Origin: Euzebyales bacterium
GTDB lineage: Bacteria > Actinomycetota > Nitriliruptoria > Euzebyales > JAHELV01
Length of the DNA: 64,000 bases
Assembly (NCBI GenBank): GCA_035461305.1
Contig: DATHVN010000157.1
Coordinates: 2,271-66,270 of the forward strand
Direction of reading: 5' to 3'
Within the stretch, counting starts at the first letter, position 1. Each line of letters begins with the position of its first letter. The notes under the pieces were generated by a model. The model was not told the DNA's origin and did not search any database. It was given only the letters and a program-made list of their open reading frames with translations. Positions 11,084 through 20,283 of the stretch are shown here, piece by piece. The position numbers and the translations under genes are program-made.

Positions 11084-12184
11084 TCACGTCGCCAATGCCG
11101 TCCACACCAGGGGCGGGACGACCGCGATGACGAACGCGGGCAGCGTCAGCAGGGTGGTGGGGAAGACGAGGGCGAGCTGGACGCGCTCGGCCGCGGTCTC
11201 GGCGGCGGCACGCTGTCGGGCACGGATCGCGTCGCCGAGCAGTGTCAGGGGCGCGGCCGGCGCGACCCCCCAGCGCTCGGTGGCGGCCAGCACGGCGCCG
11301 AGCTCGTCGAGGCCAGCGCCGGCGAAGGCCCGTTCGATGTCCGTGCCGGCCCGCAGCCGACGTCCGATAGCCTGCAGATCGTCGTCGAGTGGCGGCGGTG
11401 TGACAGCGGCGAGGTGCTCCAGCGAGGCCTGCAGGCCGAGGTCCGCGGAGATGAGCATGCGCAGCAGCGCGACCAGCTCGAGCGCGCTGTAGGGCGGCGA
11501 TCGGTCCTCGGTCCGCGGGCGGCCGGCGATCGCACCGACGGCGCCGGACACGACCAGGGCCGGCAGCGGGTGGACCAGCACCGTCACAGCGACCAGCACG
11601 GGCACGGCGACCGCGAGCGCCCTGGCCCGGTCGAACACACCCGACCTGGTCGCCAGCGGATCGGCCAGCCGCGCCGCCTCCGCCGCACGACGTACGAGAC
11701 GGCGCGACCAGGTATGTGCGCCCGCGGCGAGTGTGACCGATGCCGCTGCGCACGCCCAGCCGATGGGCCCGGCGTAGAAGCCGAGCGCTGCGGGATCGAC
11801 GAGCACCAGCAGCGCCCAGGCCCCCACCGGTAGCACGGTCAGCAGCCGTGCCGTTCCCACCGCCTGCGCCGAGCGTGCCCTGATGCGCTCGTCGTCTGCG
11901 AGCGCATCCTGGCGGGTCGCCAGCGCCACGTCCACCGCCGACACCGCTCCGTGTCCGCAGCGCTCGGCCAGCGCGAGCGCCCGCAGCAGTGGTCCCGGCC
12001 CCAGCGGCCCGGCATCGCGGGGAACGGCACACGCGAGCTCCGGCAACGAGCGTCCGAACCGCACCTGCTGCACCGTGTCGGCCAGGCCCGCGTCGGTGAC
12101 CGTCGCCAGCGCCTGCGCCGGTGGGACGCCGACGCTCAGCGCTGCCCGGACCCGCAGCAGGTCGATCGTGGAGACGGCCGTCAT
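11084..12184 (-). CDS. Type II secretion F-family protein, TadB-like and TadC-like halves in one ORF
   Basis: The ATG at 12184 overlaps the tadA stop (ATGA). 366 aa with two T2SS-F-like halves and no stop between them. Confidence 0.75.
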   Translation of the reverse strand: MTAVSTIDLLRVRAALSVGVPPAQALATVTDAGLADTVQQVRFGRSLPELACAVPRDAGPLGPGPLLRALALAERCGHGAVSAVDVALATRQDALADDERIRARSAQAVGTARLLTVLPVGAWALLVLVDPAALGFYAGPIGWACAAASVTLAAGAHTWSRRLVRRAAEAARLADPLATRSGVFDRARALAVAVPVLVAVTVLVHPLPALVVSGAVGAIAGRPRTEDRSPPYSALELVALLRMLISADLGLQASLEHLAAVTPPPLDDDLQAIGRRLRAGTDIERAFAGAGLDELGAVLAATERWGVAPAAPLTLLGDAIRARQRAAAETAAERVQLALVFPTTLLTLPAFVIAVVPPLVWTALAT

Positions 12185-13302
12185 GCCGCATCCCTGCGCC
12201 ACAGGTCGTGCCAGCGCAGCCTGCCGTCGGCACCAGTACCGTCGACCTGGGCGATCTGGCGTAGGCCCCGCCGGCCGTCGGTCGCACGTCCCAGCACGAC
12301 CACAAGGTCCAGGCTCACGGCGAGCTGCGCGCGGATCGCCGGCACGGGGAGCCCGGCGAGCAGAGCCATGCCCTCGAGCCGCACCAGCGCCTCGTCGGCC
12401 GCGCGCGCGTGCACCGTGGTCATGCACCCCTCGTGACCGGTCGCGAGGGCCGCGAGGACGTCCACGACCTCCGTGCCGCGCACCTCGCCGACCACGATCC
12501 GGTCAGGACGCATCCGCAGCGCCTGGCGGACCAGATCGCGGAACTCGACCGGTGTCCCGCCGTCGGGACCCGCCGGCCGGGTCTCCAGCCGGACGACGTG
12601 CGGGCAGCGTGGTCGCAGCTCCGGTGCGTCCTCGACAACCACGATCCGCTCGGACGAGTTGACCTCACCCAGCAGGAGGCCCAGCAGCGTGGTCTTGCCT
12701 GTGCCGGTGCGACCGCAACACACGATGGCACGGCGGTCGGTGACCGCGACCTGCAACAGCCGGCGCGCGGTCGCGGGAACGGCACCGGCCGCCTCGAGGT
12801 CCTCCCACGAGTGCTCTATGGTCGCGAACTTGCGCACTGTCACCAACGGCCCCTCGGCGGCCAGCGGTTCGCCCACGGCGTGCAGCCGGCTGCCGTCGGG
12901 CAGGCGCGTGTCGACCGTCGGGTGCGCGCGGTCGAAGCGCAGGCCCTGCGGACCGACGACGCGCAGGACCGCGGCACGCAGCGACTCGGCGTCGGGATAG
13001 GTGACGGACGTGCGCTCGAGCCGCCCGTCGCGCTCGACCCACACCTCGCCCGGCCCGTTGATCATCACATCGGTGACCGCCGCGTCACGGAGCAGCCGCT
13101 CCGCCGGTCCGAGGCCGGTGAACAGGTCGGTCATCTCGCGGACCACGGCCGCCAGCCCCCGGTCGTCGACGAGGATCTGCTCGGCACGGATCGCCCTGGC
13201 GATGGCGGCCCGCAGCGCCGGGCCGCGTTGCGTCCCGGCACCGGCCAGCACAGGGTCCTGTGCGACGCGCCGCCGGACGCGTTCGAGGTCGACCGCCGTC
13301 AT
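12181..13302 (-). CDS. tadA: TadA/CpaF-family secretion ATPase
   Basis: Walker A GRTGTGKTT, IVVVEDAPEL, DRIVVGEVRG and GHEGCMTTVHA. The start ATG 13302 overlaps the upstream stop (ATGA). Confidence 0.9.
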   Translation of the reverse strand: MTAVDLERVRRRVAQDPVLAGAGTQRGPALRAAIARAIRAEQILVDDRGLAAVVREMTDLFTGLGPAERLLRDAAVTDVMINGPGEVWVERDGRLERTSVTYPDAESLRAAVLRVVGPQGLRFDRAHPTVDTRLPDGSRLHAVGEPLAAEGPLVTVRKFATIEHSWEDLEAAGAVPATARRLLQVAVTDRRAIVCCGRTGTGKTTLLGLLLGEVNSSERIVVVEDAPELRPRCPHVVRLETRPAGPDGGTPVEFRDLVRQALRMRPDRIVVGEVRGTEVVDVLAALATGHEGCMTTVHARAADEALVRLEGMALLAGLPVPAIRAQLAVSLDLVVVLGRATDGRRGLRQIAQVDGTGADGRLRWHDLWRRDAA

Positions 13303-14156
13303 GACCAACGCTCCAGGCGGCGCAGCCCCGTGCCGAGCTCGTCGAGCCAGCGGCCCGGCAGGCCCGAGGGAACCCGACCGTCGAGGCCGGCGCGGGCCAC
13401 CCGCACCGACCACGGCAGCTGGACCAGCGGCGCCCGTTCCAACGCGCGCCGGGCGTCCGACGGCCCCAACGGCGACCGACCGTTGACGATCACCGGTAGG
13501 TCGTGCTCACGCGCGCGGCGCAGCCCGGCATCGGGACGGGTGACCAGCACTGTGGTCGACGACGTCACCCGGGTACCGTCGTCGACGACGACCACGTCGC
13601 CGGCCCACCCTGCGCCAGCTGCGTCGCCGCGGCCCGCCGACACCGACAGCCCGGCGGCGCCCGCCACCGCGACGTGCGTACCCACCGAGTGCGCCCGACC
13701 TGAGGAGCCGGTCAACTCCAGCAGCGCGCCGCCGCCGACCACGAGCACCGAGGCGCCACCCCACGCGAGGACACCGCCGACCGCGAGTGCGATCGTCGAC
13801 GTGCCGACCCCGCCCGCCACGCCCGCGACGGACACCCGGGGCCCGCGCGGCCCGATACGACGGGTGAGATCCACGCGCGTCGCGACGACCGGGATGCGCT
13901 CCCGGCCCTCTGGCCAGCCGACGACGTCCTCGGCCCCCGCAGTCAGCTGCGCGGTGACGACACCGTCATCGGGTGGCCCTTCGGTGACCGCGATCCACGG
14001 CAGCCCGCCACACGGTGCGTCGGCCAATGCGAGGATCGGCCGCAGGGGCCCGGCGGGGTCGACGACCTGCCAGCCGAGGTCACGCTCGACCCACGCGGTG
14101 ACCACCGCGTCCAGCGGCGCCGGCAGTGCCACCACCACCGGGAGGTCGTCTATCAT
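13299..14156 (-). CDS. CpaE/SsD-like (MinD/ParA-related) helicase/secretion-neighbourhood protein
   Basis: Internal ATG 14156 (MIDDLPVVVALPAP...). Degenerate P-loop VAGVAGGVGTSTIALAVG. First gene of the tad operon. Confidence 0.75.
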   Translation of the reverse strand: MIDDLPVVVALPAPLDAVVTAWVERDLGWQVVDPAGPLRPILALADAPCGGLPWIAVTEGPPDDGVVTAQLTAGAEDVVGWPEGRERIPVVATRVDLTRRIGPRGPRVSVAGVAGGVGTSTIALAVGGVLAWGGASVLVVGGGALLELTGSSGRAHSVGTHVAVAGAAGLSVSAGRGDAAGAGWAGDVVVVDDGTRVTSSTTVLVTRPDAGLRRAREHDLPVIVNGRSPLGPSDARRALERAPLVQLPWSVRVARAGLDGRVPSGLPGRWLDELGTGLRRLERWS

Positions 14157-14231
14157 CGCTGGCTCCTGCCGCTGTCGTTCCTGACGGAGCGGCACGGTAC
14201 GGCCGATGGGCGGACGACGCCGGGTCAGTGG

Positions 14232-14302
14232 GTGCGGGCCTGTGGACAACCACGCCCGCACAGAGCAGGACGGACGCGACCCGTGGTGGATCGCGTCCGT
14301 CC
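14232..14302 (-). terminator. Two consecutive GC-rich hairpins downstream of the SnoaL-like gene
   Basis: GTGCGGGC...GCCCGCAC at 14232-14261. GGACGGACGCGA-11 nt-TCGCGTCCGTCC at 14268-14302 forms a perfect 12-bp stem. No clear U-tract. Confidence 0.4.
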
Positions 14303-14330
14303 GGTCAGTCAGACGGGCAGGCGCCCGGGT

Positions 14331-14678
14331 CTAGTAGTAGTCGCGGTGATAGCGGATGCCGCCCGCGTCGACCTCGACCCAGCTGCTGCGCGGCAGGTTC
14401 GACCAGCGCCGGCCGGCTGCGGTGTAGCTCATGGTCCACTCGACGGCGAGCGTCGAGCCATCCTCGGATTCGAGCATGCGCTCGACGTTGATGTCGAGGT
14501 CCTCGCGGGCCTGCATCCACGAGTTCAGGTAGGAGCGGATGAGCGTCCGGCCCTCGTGTGGTGGGTTGTTGGGCTCGAGGAAGATCGACTCGACCGCGTA
14601 CAGCTCGGCGACGGCGGTGTCGTCATCCTTCTCCATCGCAGCGCTGAGCTGCTCCCACAGTTCTCGTGCTCGACCCAT
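14331..14678 (-). CDS. SnoaL-like / NTF2-fold protein
   Basis: 115 aa. The pattern ELYAVESIFLEPNNPPHEGRTLIRSYL...WVEVDAGGIRYHRDYY is typical of SnoaL-like polyketide-cyclase-fold proteins. Confidence 0.7.
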   Translation of the reverse strand: MGRARELWEQLSAAMEKDDDTAVAELYAVESIFLEPNNPPHEGRTLIRSYLNSWMQAREDLDINVERMLESEDGSTLAVEWTMSYTAAGRRWSNLPRSSWVEVDAGGIRYHRDYY

Positions 14679-14810
14679 CGGTTCTCCTCACCACACCGCG
14701 TTCGAGAGGCCACGGTGGATCCCATGCTCGGCGCGACCCCGTGGGGACCACGACGGCACGTCCGCGGCAACGATATCCGCGGCACGGCACGCGACCAAAG
14801 CGCCGATGCG

Positions 14811-15380
14811 CTACAGGTACTGGCCGGTCCCGCCCGGCTGCCGGTCGTCGCGCTGCGCGTCGTGCTGCCCAGCCGGACCCATCGCACCGGCCTGCATGCC
14901 GGGCGGCAGGCCACGCCGCATCCGCTCGAGCTGCTGGCGGGCGCTCATCTGCTGGCTGGCGATCGCGGCCTGGATGCCCTGGAACAGTCCCTCGAGCCAG
15001 CCGATGAGCTGGGCCTGTGCGATCCGGATCTCCGACTCGGTCGGGGTGTCGGTGTCGAACGGCAGGGTGAGCGCATCGAGCTCCTCCTGCAGTCCGCCGG
15101 TCAGCACCGACCGCATCTGCCGGAGCGATGTCTCATGGATCTGGCGCAGGCGCTGACGTCCGGCCTCGTCGGGGTCGGCGCGTCGGACCTCCTCCTGCAT
15201 CTCGCGCAGCATGAGGGCGATCCGCAGCAGCTTCCCCGGCTCGGTGATCGCGTCCTGCTGCTCGGGCTCCTCCTCGACCACCTCGACCTCGTGGCCGGTG
15301 TCGGCGGTCTGCGCGGTCGGCCCGGCGGATCCTTGGGACGGTGCCGCCGGCTGGGCTGGGCGCTGGGGTACCTCTGTCAA
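14811..15380 (-). CDS. bpa: Bacterial proteasome activator Bpa/PafE
   Basis: C-terminal GTGQYL, plus the IRIAQAQLIGWLEGLFQGIQAAIASQQM core. Start inferred at TTG 15380 (AAAGGA 7 nt upstream) so that it clears the upstream gene. The start is uncertain. Confidence 0.85.
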   Translation of the reverse strand: MTEVPQRPAQPAAPSQGSAGPTAQTADTGHEVEVVEEEPEQQDAITEPGKLLRIALMLREMQEEVRRADPDEAGRQRLRQIHETSLRQMRSVLTGGLQEELDALTLPFDTDTPTESEIRIAQAQLIGWLEGLFQGIQAAIASQQMSARQQLERMRRGLPPGMQAGAMGPAGQHDAQRDDRQPGGTGQYL

Positions 15381-15423
15381 CGGTGCATCCTTTGCGTCCG
15401 CGGGTCGCTCACGACGTGCGCGC

Positions 15424-16242
15424 TCAAGCGAACAGGGCGCTCGCGAGCCGCGGTCGTGCGCGGCGGGTGATCTCGTGTTGGTCGCCAAGTACCCGGAACA
15501 GGTCGAGGAGCAACGTCCGCGCCGCGTCCCGCGTCTCGGGATCGGCGACCGCAACGAGCAGGACGTCGGCGGCATCGTCATGCAGCCCTGCGGCCACGAG
15601 GGCCCTGCCGTACTCCAGCCGCGCCCCGGGCGAGGTGTCCGCCTCCGAGGCGAGCGCCGAGAGCGCCTGACCGTCGCCCCCGCCAGTCAGGCGCAGCTCG
15701 GCCAGCAGCCGCTGGGCCTCGTCGTGCTGGGACGCCCGTTCGAGCAGGCCACGTGCGTCGTCGGTCCGGCCCTCGTCGATCGCCAGCCGGGCGGACGCGA
15801 TCAGCGCGCCGGTGTGGCCGGGATCGGCTTCCAGCGCCTCATCCAGCAGCTCGGCGGCCCGCTGGGGCTCGGCGGCCGCACGCGTGACCAGGCGGTCGGC
15901 GGCGGTCGGCACCAACGTGGCGAAGAACTGCTCGATGACGGGCTCCGGCTGCAGGCCGATGAACTCGTTGACGACCCGGCGATCGCGGAACGCCTTGACC
16001 GAGGGAATGCCCTGGACGCGGAACTGCTGGGCGAGCCGGGGGGCCTCGTCGACGTTCAGCTTGACGACACGGACGTCGCCGGCGAAGCGGTCGGCCATCT
16101 GCTCGAGCAGCGGCGACAGCTGGCGGCACGGTCCGCACCATGGCGCCCAGAAGTCGACGACGACGGGCTGGGTGACGCTCGCGTCGAGGACGTCGGACTC
16201 GAACGTGGTCTCGGTGACGGCTGGGACGATGGTGGTGCTCAT
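15424..16242 (-). CDS. Thioredoxin-domain plus TPR protein (YbbN/CnoX-like)
   Basis: Internal ATG 16242, MSTTIVPAV...VVVDFWAPWCGPCRQLSPLLEQ. This is followed by an Ala/Leu-rich helical repeat region. Confidence 0.85.
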   Translation of the reverse strand: MSTTIVPAVTETTFESDVLDASVTQPVVVDFWAPWCGPCRQLSPLLEQMADRFAGDVRVVKLNVDEAPRLAQQFRVQGIPSVKAFRDRRVVNEFIGLQPEPVIEQFFATLVPTAADRLVTRAAAEPQRAAELLDEALEADPGHTGALIASARLAIDEGRTDDARGLLERASQHDEAQRLLAELRLTGGGDGQALSALASEADTSPGARLEYGRALVAAGLHDDAADVLLVAVADPETRDAARTLLLDLFRVLGDQHEITRRARPRLASALFA

Positions 16243-16271
16243 GGGACTCGGATGACCTACCGGTGTAGGGT

Positions 16272-16717
16272 TCAGCGGTCGATGTGGGCCAGGCGCAGCT
16301 GGCCGCGTGCGACGAGCTTGCCGTCGTCGCGGGTGATGCGGACCTCCCAGACCTGCTGGGTGCGCCCCTGGTGGACGGGGAGCGCCTCGATGTCGAGTTC
16401 GCCCTGACGGAACGGCCGGCAGAACTCGGTGTAGTTCGAGACGCCGACGACCGACTGGGCCTGCTCTGCGGCCTTCATGTGGCACCCAGGCTGCCGACCG
16501 TCTCGACGACCGACGCGTGCCAGCCGCCGTGGAGGATCCCCGCCTCCTGGTGGTGGCGGGGGCCGACCTGGGCGCGCGCACGCGCCTTGGTCGGGCCGAC
16601 CTCCAGCAGGGTGAGGCCCAGCCCGGCTGTCAGGCCACGGCCGTGCGGGGATCGGTCGAGCTCCGCCGGCAGCTGCGCGAGCAGCTCGGCGACCTCACTC
16701 ATCGCGGCGGGCCTCAA
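16272..16717 (-). pseudogene. PaaI/hotdog-fold thioesterase split by a 1-nt frame break
   Basis: ORF 16475..16717 ends ...GILHGGWHASVVETVGSLGAT*. ORF 16272..16478 continues MKAAEQAQSVVGVSNYTEFCRPF...VWEVRITRDDGKLVARGQLRLAHIDR in another frame. Together they make one hotdog domain. Confidence 0.65.
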
Positions 16718-17561
16718 GGAAGTGCTCGATCTCCGCCGCGAGATCGTCGCCGGTCGGCAGCTCCTCGTCGTCCTCGCCGGCGTCGACCATCTGCTCGAGT
16801 GCCGTGACCATCGAGGCCGCGTCGTCGTGCTCGGCGACGGCCTCGGCGACCTGCTCGAGGTGCAGCGTCACCGCCGCCCGCAGCTCGGTGGTGTCGATGT
16901 CGACGCTGAGGGCGCCGGCGATGCGCTCGGCCAGCGCCAGCGCGGCCGGTGGGTGCGGGTTGGTGGCGATGTAGTGCGGAACCTCCGCCCACAGGCCGAC
17001 GGCCGGGATGTCGTGACCGGCCAACTCGGCCTGGAGCACCGTGCTGGCGTTGATCGGACCGGTGTAGCCGGTGACGTCGACCGCGTCGAACTCCAGCACC
17101 TGGTTCACGCGGTTGCGCGCACGGCTGACCGCGACCGGCCGGGTATGCGGCGTCGCGGCCGGGTAGGCGCCCAGCTGGACGACCTGCTCGACGCCGAGCT
17201 GGCGGCACACGTCGGCGACCTGCCGGGCGAACGCCTGCCAGCGCATGTCCGGCTCGGGGCCGAGCAGCAGCAGGACGTCGCGGTCGCCGTCGTCGAGCGT
17301 CGCGGCCAGCAGCTCGATCTCCGGCCAGTCGATGCGCCGCACGACCCCGGAGTCGACCACCGCTGTAGGGCGCCGGGCGCGGTAGTCGATCAGGGCGTCG
17401 CCGTCGAGGCGGGCGATCGGCTCCGCCCGCCAGCGGTGTCGGAGGAAGGCCGACGCGTTGGACGCGGCGCTTCCTGCATCGACGAAGCCGTCGAGCGCGA
17501 CGATGAGGACAGCGCGGCGCAAGGTCGGTGGTTCGCGGACCCAGTGCAGCAACTCGGACAT
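16695..17561 (-). CDS. PAC2 (proteasome assembly chaperone 2) family protein
   Basis: 288 aa. LIVALDGFVDAGSAA, LLLLGPEPDMRWQAF and an acidic C-terminal tail are typical of actinobacterial PAC2 proteins. Confidence 0.8.
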   Translation of the reverse strand: MSELLHWVREPPTLRRAVLIVALDGFVDAGSAASNASAFLRHRWRAEPIARLDGDALIDYRARRPTAVVDSGVVRRIDWPEIELLAATLDDGDRDVLLLLGPEPDMRWQAFARQVADVCRQLGVEQVVQLGAYPAATPHTRPVAVSRARNRVNQVLEFDAVDVTGYTGPINASTVLQAELAGHDIPAVGLWAEVPHYIATNPHPPAALALAERIAGALSVDIDTTELRAAVTLHLEQVAEAVAEHDDAASMVTALEQMVDAGEDDEELPTGDDLAAEIEHFLEARRDE

Positions 17562-17603
17562 GCCGCCAGGCTAGCGGCGGACGTTGCCGCCGGAGCGCGA
17601 ACC

Positions 17604-18317
17604 CTAGGTGCCGGTGTCCGCCTCGGAGGGGGGGACGCTGCCACGCTTGGCCGCGGCGGGGTCGCGCGAGCGTCCCCGAGGGATGCGCTCGCGACCGTCG
17701 GAGCCGGGGCGCGTGCGCTCGGCGCCGTCGGAGTCGGGGCGCGTCCGCTCGGCGCCGTCGGAGCCGGGGCGCGTCCGCTCGGCGCCGTCGGAGCCGGAGC
17801 GCGTCCGCGGCGCCCGGGACCGGCCGCTGGCCCGAGTCCGGTCGGGCCGTTGGCGGACCGCGGGCCGTTCCGGGTGCTCGGTGGCCGGCGTCCGGGGCGC
17901 CTCGGGGCTGTTCGGGCTCCGCCGTGCCGAGGACGGCGCCGCGTCGTTCGTGCCGTCCGTCGACGGCGGCGCGGCTGTCGGCTGCTCGGCGGCCAGCGGT
18001 GGGGCCACCGTGTCGGACCGCACCGGCGGCGCCGGCTGCACCCGTGACGCCTGCAGGCTGCGCAGCACCCCGAGGGCGATGCCGGCGAGCAGCGCGTAGC
18101 CGAGCACGCCGATGAGGGTGGTGAGCACGAAGTCCTGCTCACCGAACATGCCCTGGAAGGGCACGAGGAACACGACCGAGAGACCCCGGACGAAGGCGAC
18201 GATGATGTTGTCCTCGTTGGCTTCGAGCAGCCGGAACAGCGCGTCGAACGCCAGGACCCCGACGATGAACACGAGCAGCGTGTTGATCCAGCGGCCGACA
18301 CTATCCCAGTAATTCAT
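17604..18317 (-). CDS. Membrane protein with Arg/Asp-rich repetitive C-terminal tail
   Basis: Start taken at MNYWDSVGRW (18317). Two or three TM helices, then a Pro/Ala-rich linker and GAERTRPGSD repeats. Confidence 0.6.
   Translation of the reverse strand: MNYWDSVGRWINTLLVFIVGVLAFDALFRLLEANEDNIIVAFVRGLSVVFLVPFQGMFGEQDFVLTTLIGVLGYALLAGIALGVLRSLQASRVQPAPPVRSDTVAPPLAAEQPTAAPPSTDGTNDAAPSSARRSPNSPEAPRTPATEHPERPAVRQRPDRTRASGRSRAPRTRSGSDGAERTRPGSDGAERTRPDSDGAERTRPGSDGRERIPRGRSRDPAAAKRGSVPPSEADTGT
17667..17816. repeat. 30-bp in-frame tandem repeat (3 near-perfect copies flanked by 2 degenerate copies)
   Basis: Units at 17697-17726, 17727-17756 and 17757-17786 differ by 1-2 nt and encode GAERTRP(G/D)SD. 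Confidence 0.85.
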
Positions 18318-18401
18318 CGAGGCTCCTTGGCGCGCCCCCGGTGACTCGCACGGTTGCTGCGAATCCCAAGGGTAGTCGGTTTGACACCGATGCGACACGC
18401 C

Positions 18402-19020
18402 CTATCCAGGCCCGTCACCGCCGGTCAGCACCCGCCGGTAGCGGCGGAACTGGAAGCTGCGACGGCGCTCGGCGGCGACACGACTGCGAGACCCGGAGCC
18501 CTGGCCAGCAGGCGCCGAGCGCGACCGTGTTTTCGAGGCGGACCAGCGGCGGCGCCCGAGGCAGCACTGATGCCGGTACCGAACCCCACGTGGGGTTCGG
18601 GCTGCGGTCGAGGTCGAGCGTATCGGGATCGGCGAACGCCTCGGGATCGCGGTTCGCGCTGGCCAGCCGCAGGCCGGCCCGCGTGCCCGGCTCGAGCAGG
18701 GAGTGGATGTTGAGCGGGTTCCAGGGTCGTGGCGCTCACGCGGCTCGTACGGCGTGCAGACGCGACCGAGGCGGCGGTCGCGCAGCAGGCGGGCGACGTC
18801 GGCGTGCCTGGCAACGAGCTGCATGCCGGGTTTGTCGCACCAGGCAGGCGCAAACGTGAAGCAGAAGGTGCAGTTCAGTGGCCCACGCCACAATCCGTCG
18901 TACGTCGGGTACGGATCGTCGACGAGCGTCGCCGGACGAACGGGATGCTGCTCATGGTGTTCCGGCCGGGCGGACGTCGGCGCGCCCCCGTGGTGCAGCG
19001 CACGCAGCATCGCTGCAGCG
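18402..19020 (-). pseudogene. Cytochrome P450 relic (internal deletion plus frameshifts)
   Basis: N-terminal-like DDPYPTYDGLW...MQLVARHADVARLLRDRR. The C-terminal heme-loop region is spread over three frames (NPHVGFGTGI / HQCCLG / LVRLENTVALGA). The span is about 0.6 kb where about 1.2 kb is expected. Confidence 0.55.
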
Positions 19021-19146
19021 CGACGGCACGGGGCGGCGGCCGCGGGGCCAGCAGGACCTCCGGGTCCGCCGGCTCGGGCGACCGCTGCCTGCCGCACGAC
19101 CCATCGCGCGGCACGCAGGTCCCGATCGGCCCCGAGGACGCGGTGA

Positions 19147-20283
19147 TCATCCCAGGCGTGCAAGCTCCGTGCCCGCGGCGGCGCCCGTGACGTGCAGCTG
19201 TGGCGTCATGCCCGTCGCACGGGCGAAGCCTTCGGTCACCGCGGCGGTGAAGTCGTCGACCCGGCCGGCCGCGACCAGGGCCACCCCACAGCCTGCGAAG
19301 CCTCCTCCGGTCATCCTCGCCCCGATGCACCCCGGTGCCTCGCCTGCGCACGCGACGATGGCGTCCAGTGCGGGGCCCGAGGCCTCGAAGTCGTCGCGCA
19401 TGCTGGCATGCGCGTCGGCCAGCAGCCTGCCGAGCGCTACGGTGTCGCCCGCGCGCAGGGCGTCGGCCGCGGCGGCCGTCCGGGCGTGCTCGGTCACGAC
19501 GTGCCGGGCACGGCGACGCAGCACCGGATCGTCGAGCGCCTCGACGGCGTCCCGGTCGGCGTCCCGCAGCGCGTCGACGCCCAGCGTGGCGGCGGCCGCG
19601 TCGCACTCCGCACGTCGAGTGTTGTAGGCCGATCCGGTCAGCTCACGCCGCGTCGTCGTGTCCATGACGACCACGACGATGCCGCCGGGGAGCGGCACAT
19701 GGGTGATGTCGAGCGACCGGCAGTCGATCAGCAGCGCATGTCCGGCGCGTGCGGCCGCCGACGACAGCTGGTCGAGGATGCCGGAGTCGACGCCCACCCA
19801 GTCGTTCTCGGCACGCTGGCCGAGCCTGGCCGCGCTGATCGGGTCCCACGCCCGGTCGCCGGTCAGCGCACGGCAGACCGCCATCTCGAGCGCCGCCGAC
19901 GACGACAGCCCTGCGCCGGCCGGCACGTCCGAAGCGACCGCGCCGAGGACGGGCTCGACCCCGACGCCGGCCTGACCCATCGCCCAGGCCACACCCTGGA
20001 CGTAGGCCCCCCAGCCGTCGAGTCGCCCGCCGACATCGGCCGGGTCCACGACGACCTCGGCTTCGGCGTCGTCGGAGACCAGGGTGACCGGTCCGTCGTG
20101 GGGTACGGCCGCCAGCCACAGCGCGTGGTCGATGGCGAGCGGCAGCACGTAGCCGTCGTTGTAGTCGGTGTGCTCTCCGATGAGGTTCACGCGCCCGGGC
20201 GAGCGGACCAGCACCGCGGGCGCACGACCGAAGCGCGCGCGGAAGCGCCGCAGGGCGCGCTCACGGGCGGGGTGGCCGCTCAC
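19147..20283 (-). CDS. galK: Galactokinase
   Basis: SPGRVNLIGEHTDYNDGYVLP signature and the GHMP kinase motif PAGAGLSSSAALE. Confidence 0.95.
   Translation of the reverse strand: MSGHPARERALRRFRARFGRAPAVLVRSPGRVNLIGEHTDYNDGYVLPLAIDHALWLAAVPHDGPVTLVSDDAEAEVVVDPADVGGRLDGWGAYVQGVAWAMGQAGVGVEPVLGAVASDVPAGAGLSSSAALEMAVCRALTGDRAWDPISAARLGQRAENDWVGVDSGILDQLSSAAARAGHALLIDCRSLDITHVPLPGGIVVVVMDTTTRRELTGSAYNTRRAECDAAAATLGVDALRDADRDAVEALDDPVLRRRARHVVTEHARTAAAADALRAGDTVALGRLLADAHASMRDDFEASGPALDAIVACAGEAPGCIGARMTGGGFAGCGVALVAAGRVDDFTAAVTEGFARATGMTPQLHVTGAAAGTELARLG

Noticed and set aside
16475-16478. Whether the TGA ending the first half of the PaaI thioesterase could be a selenocysteine codon, given selC in the window.
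   Set aside because: The downstream half is in a different frame (an ATGA overlap), so read-through would not join the halves. There is no redox motif at the site. A 1-nt indel explains it.
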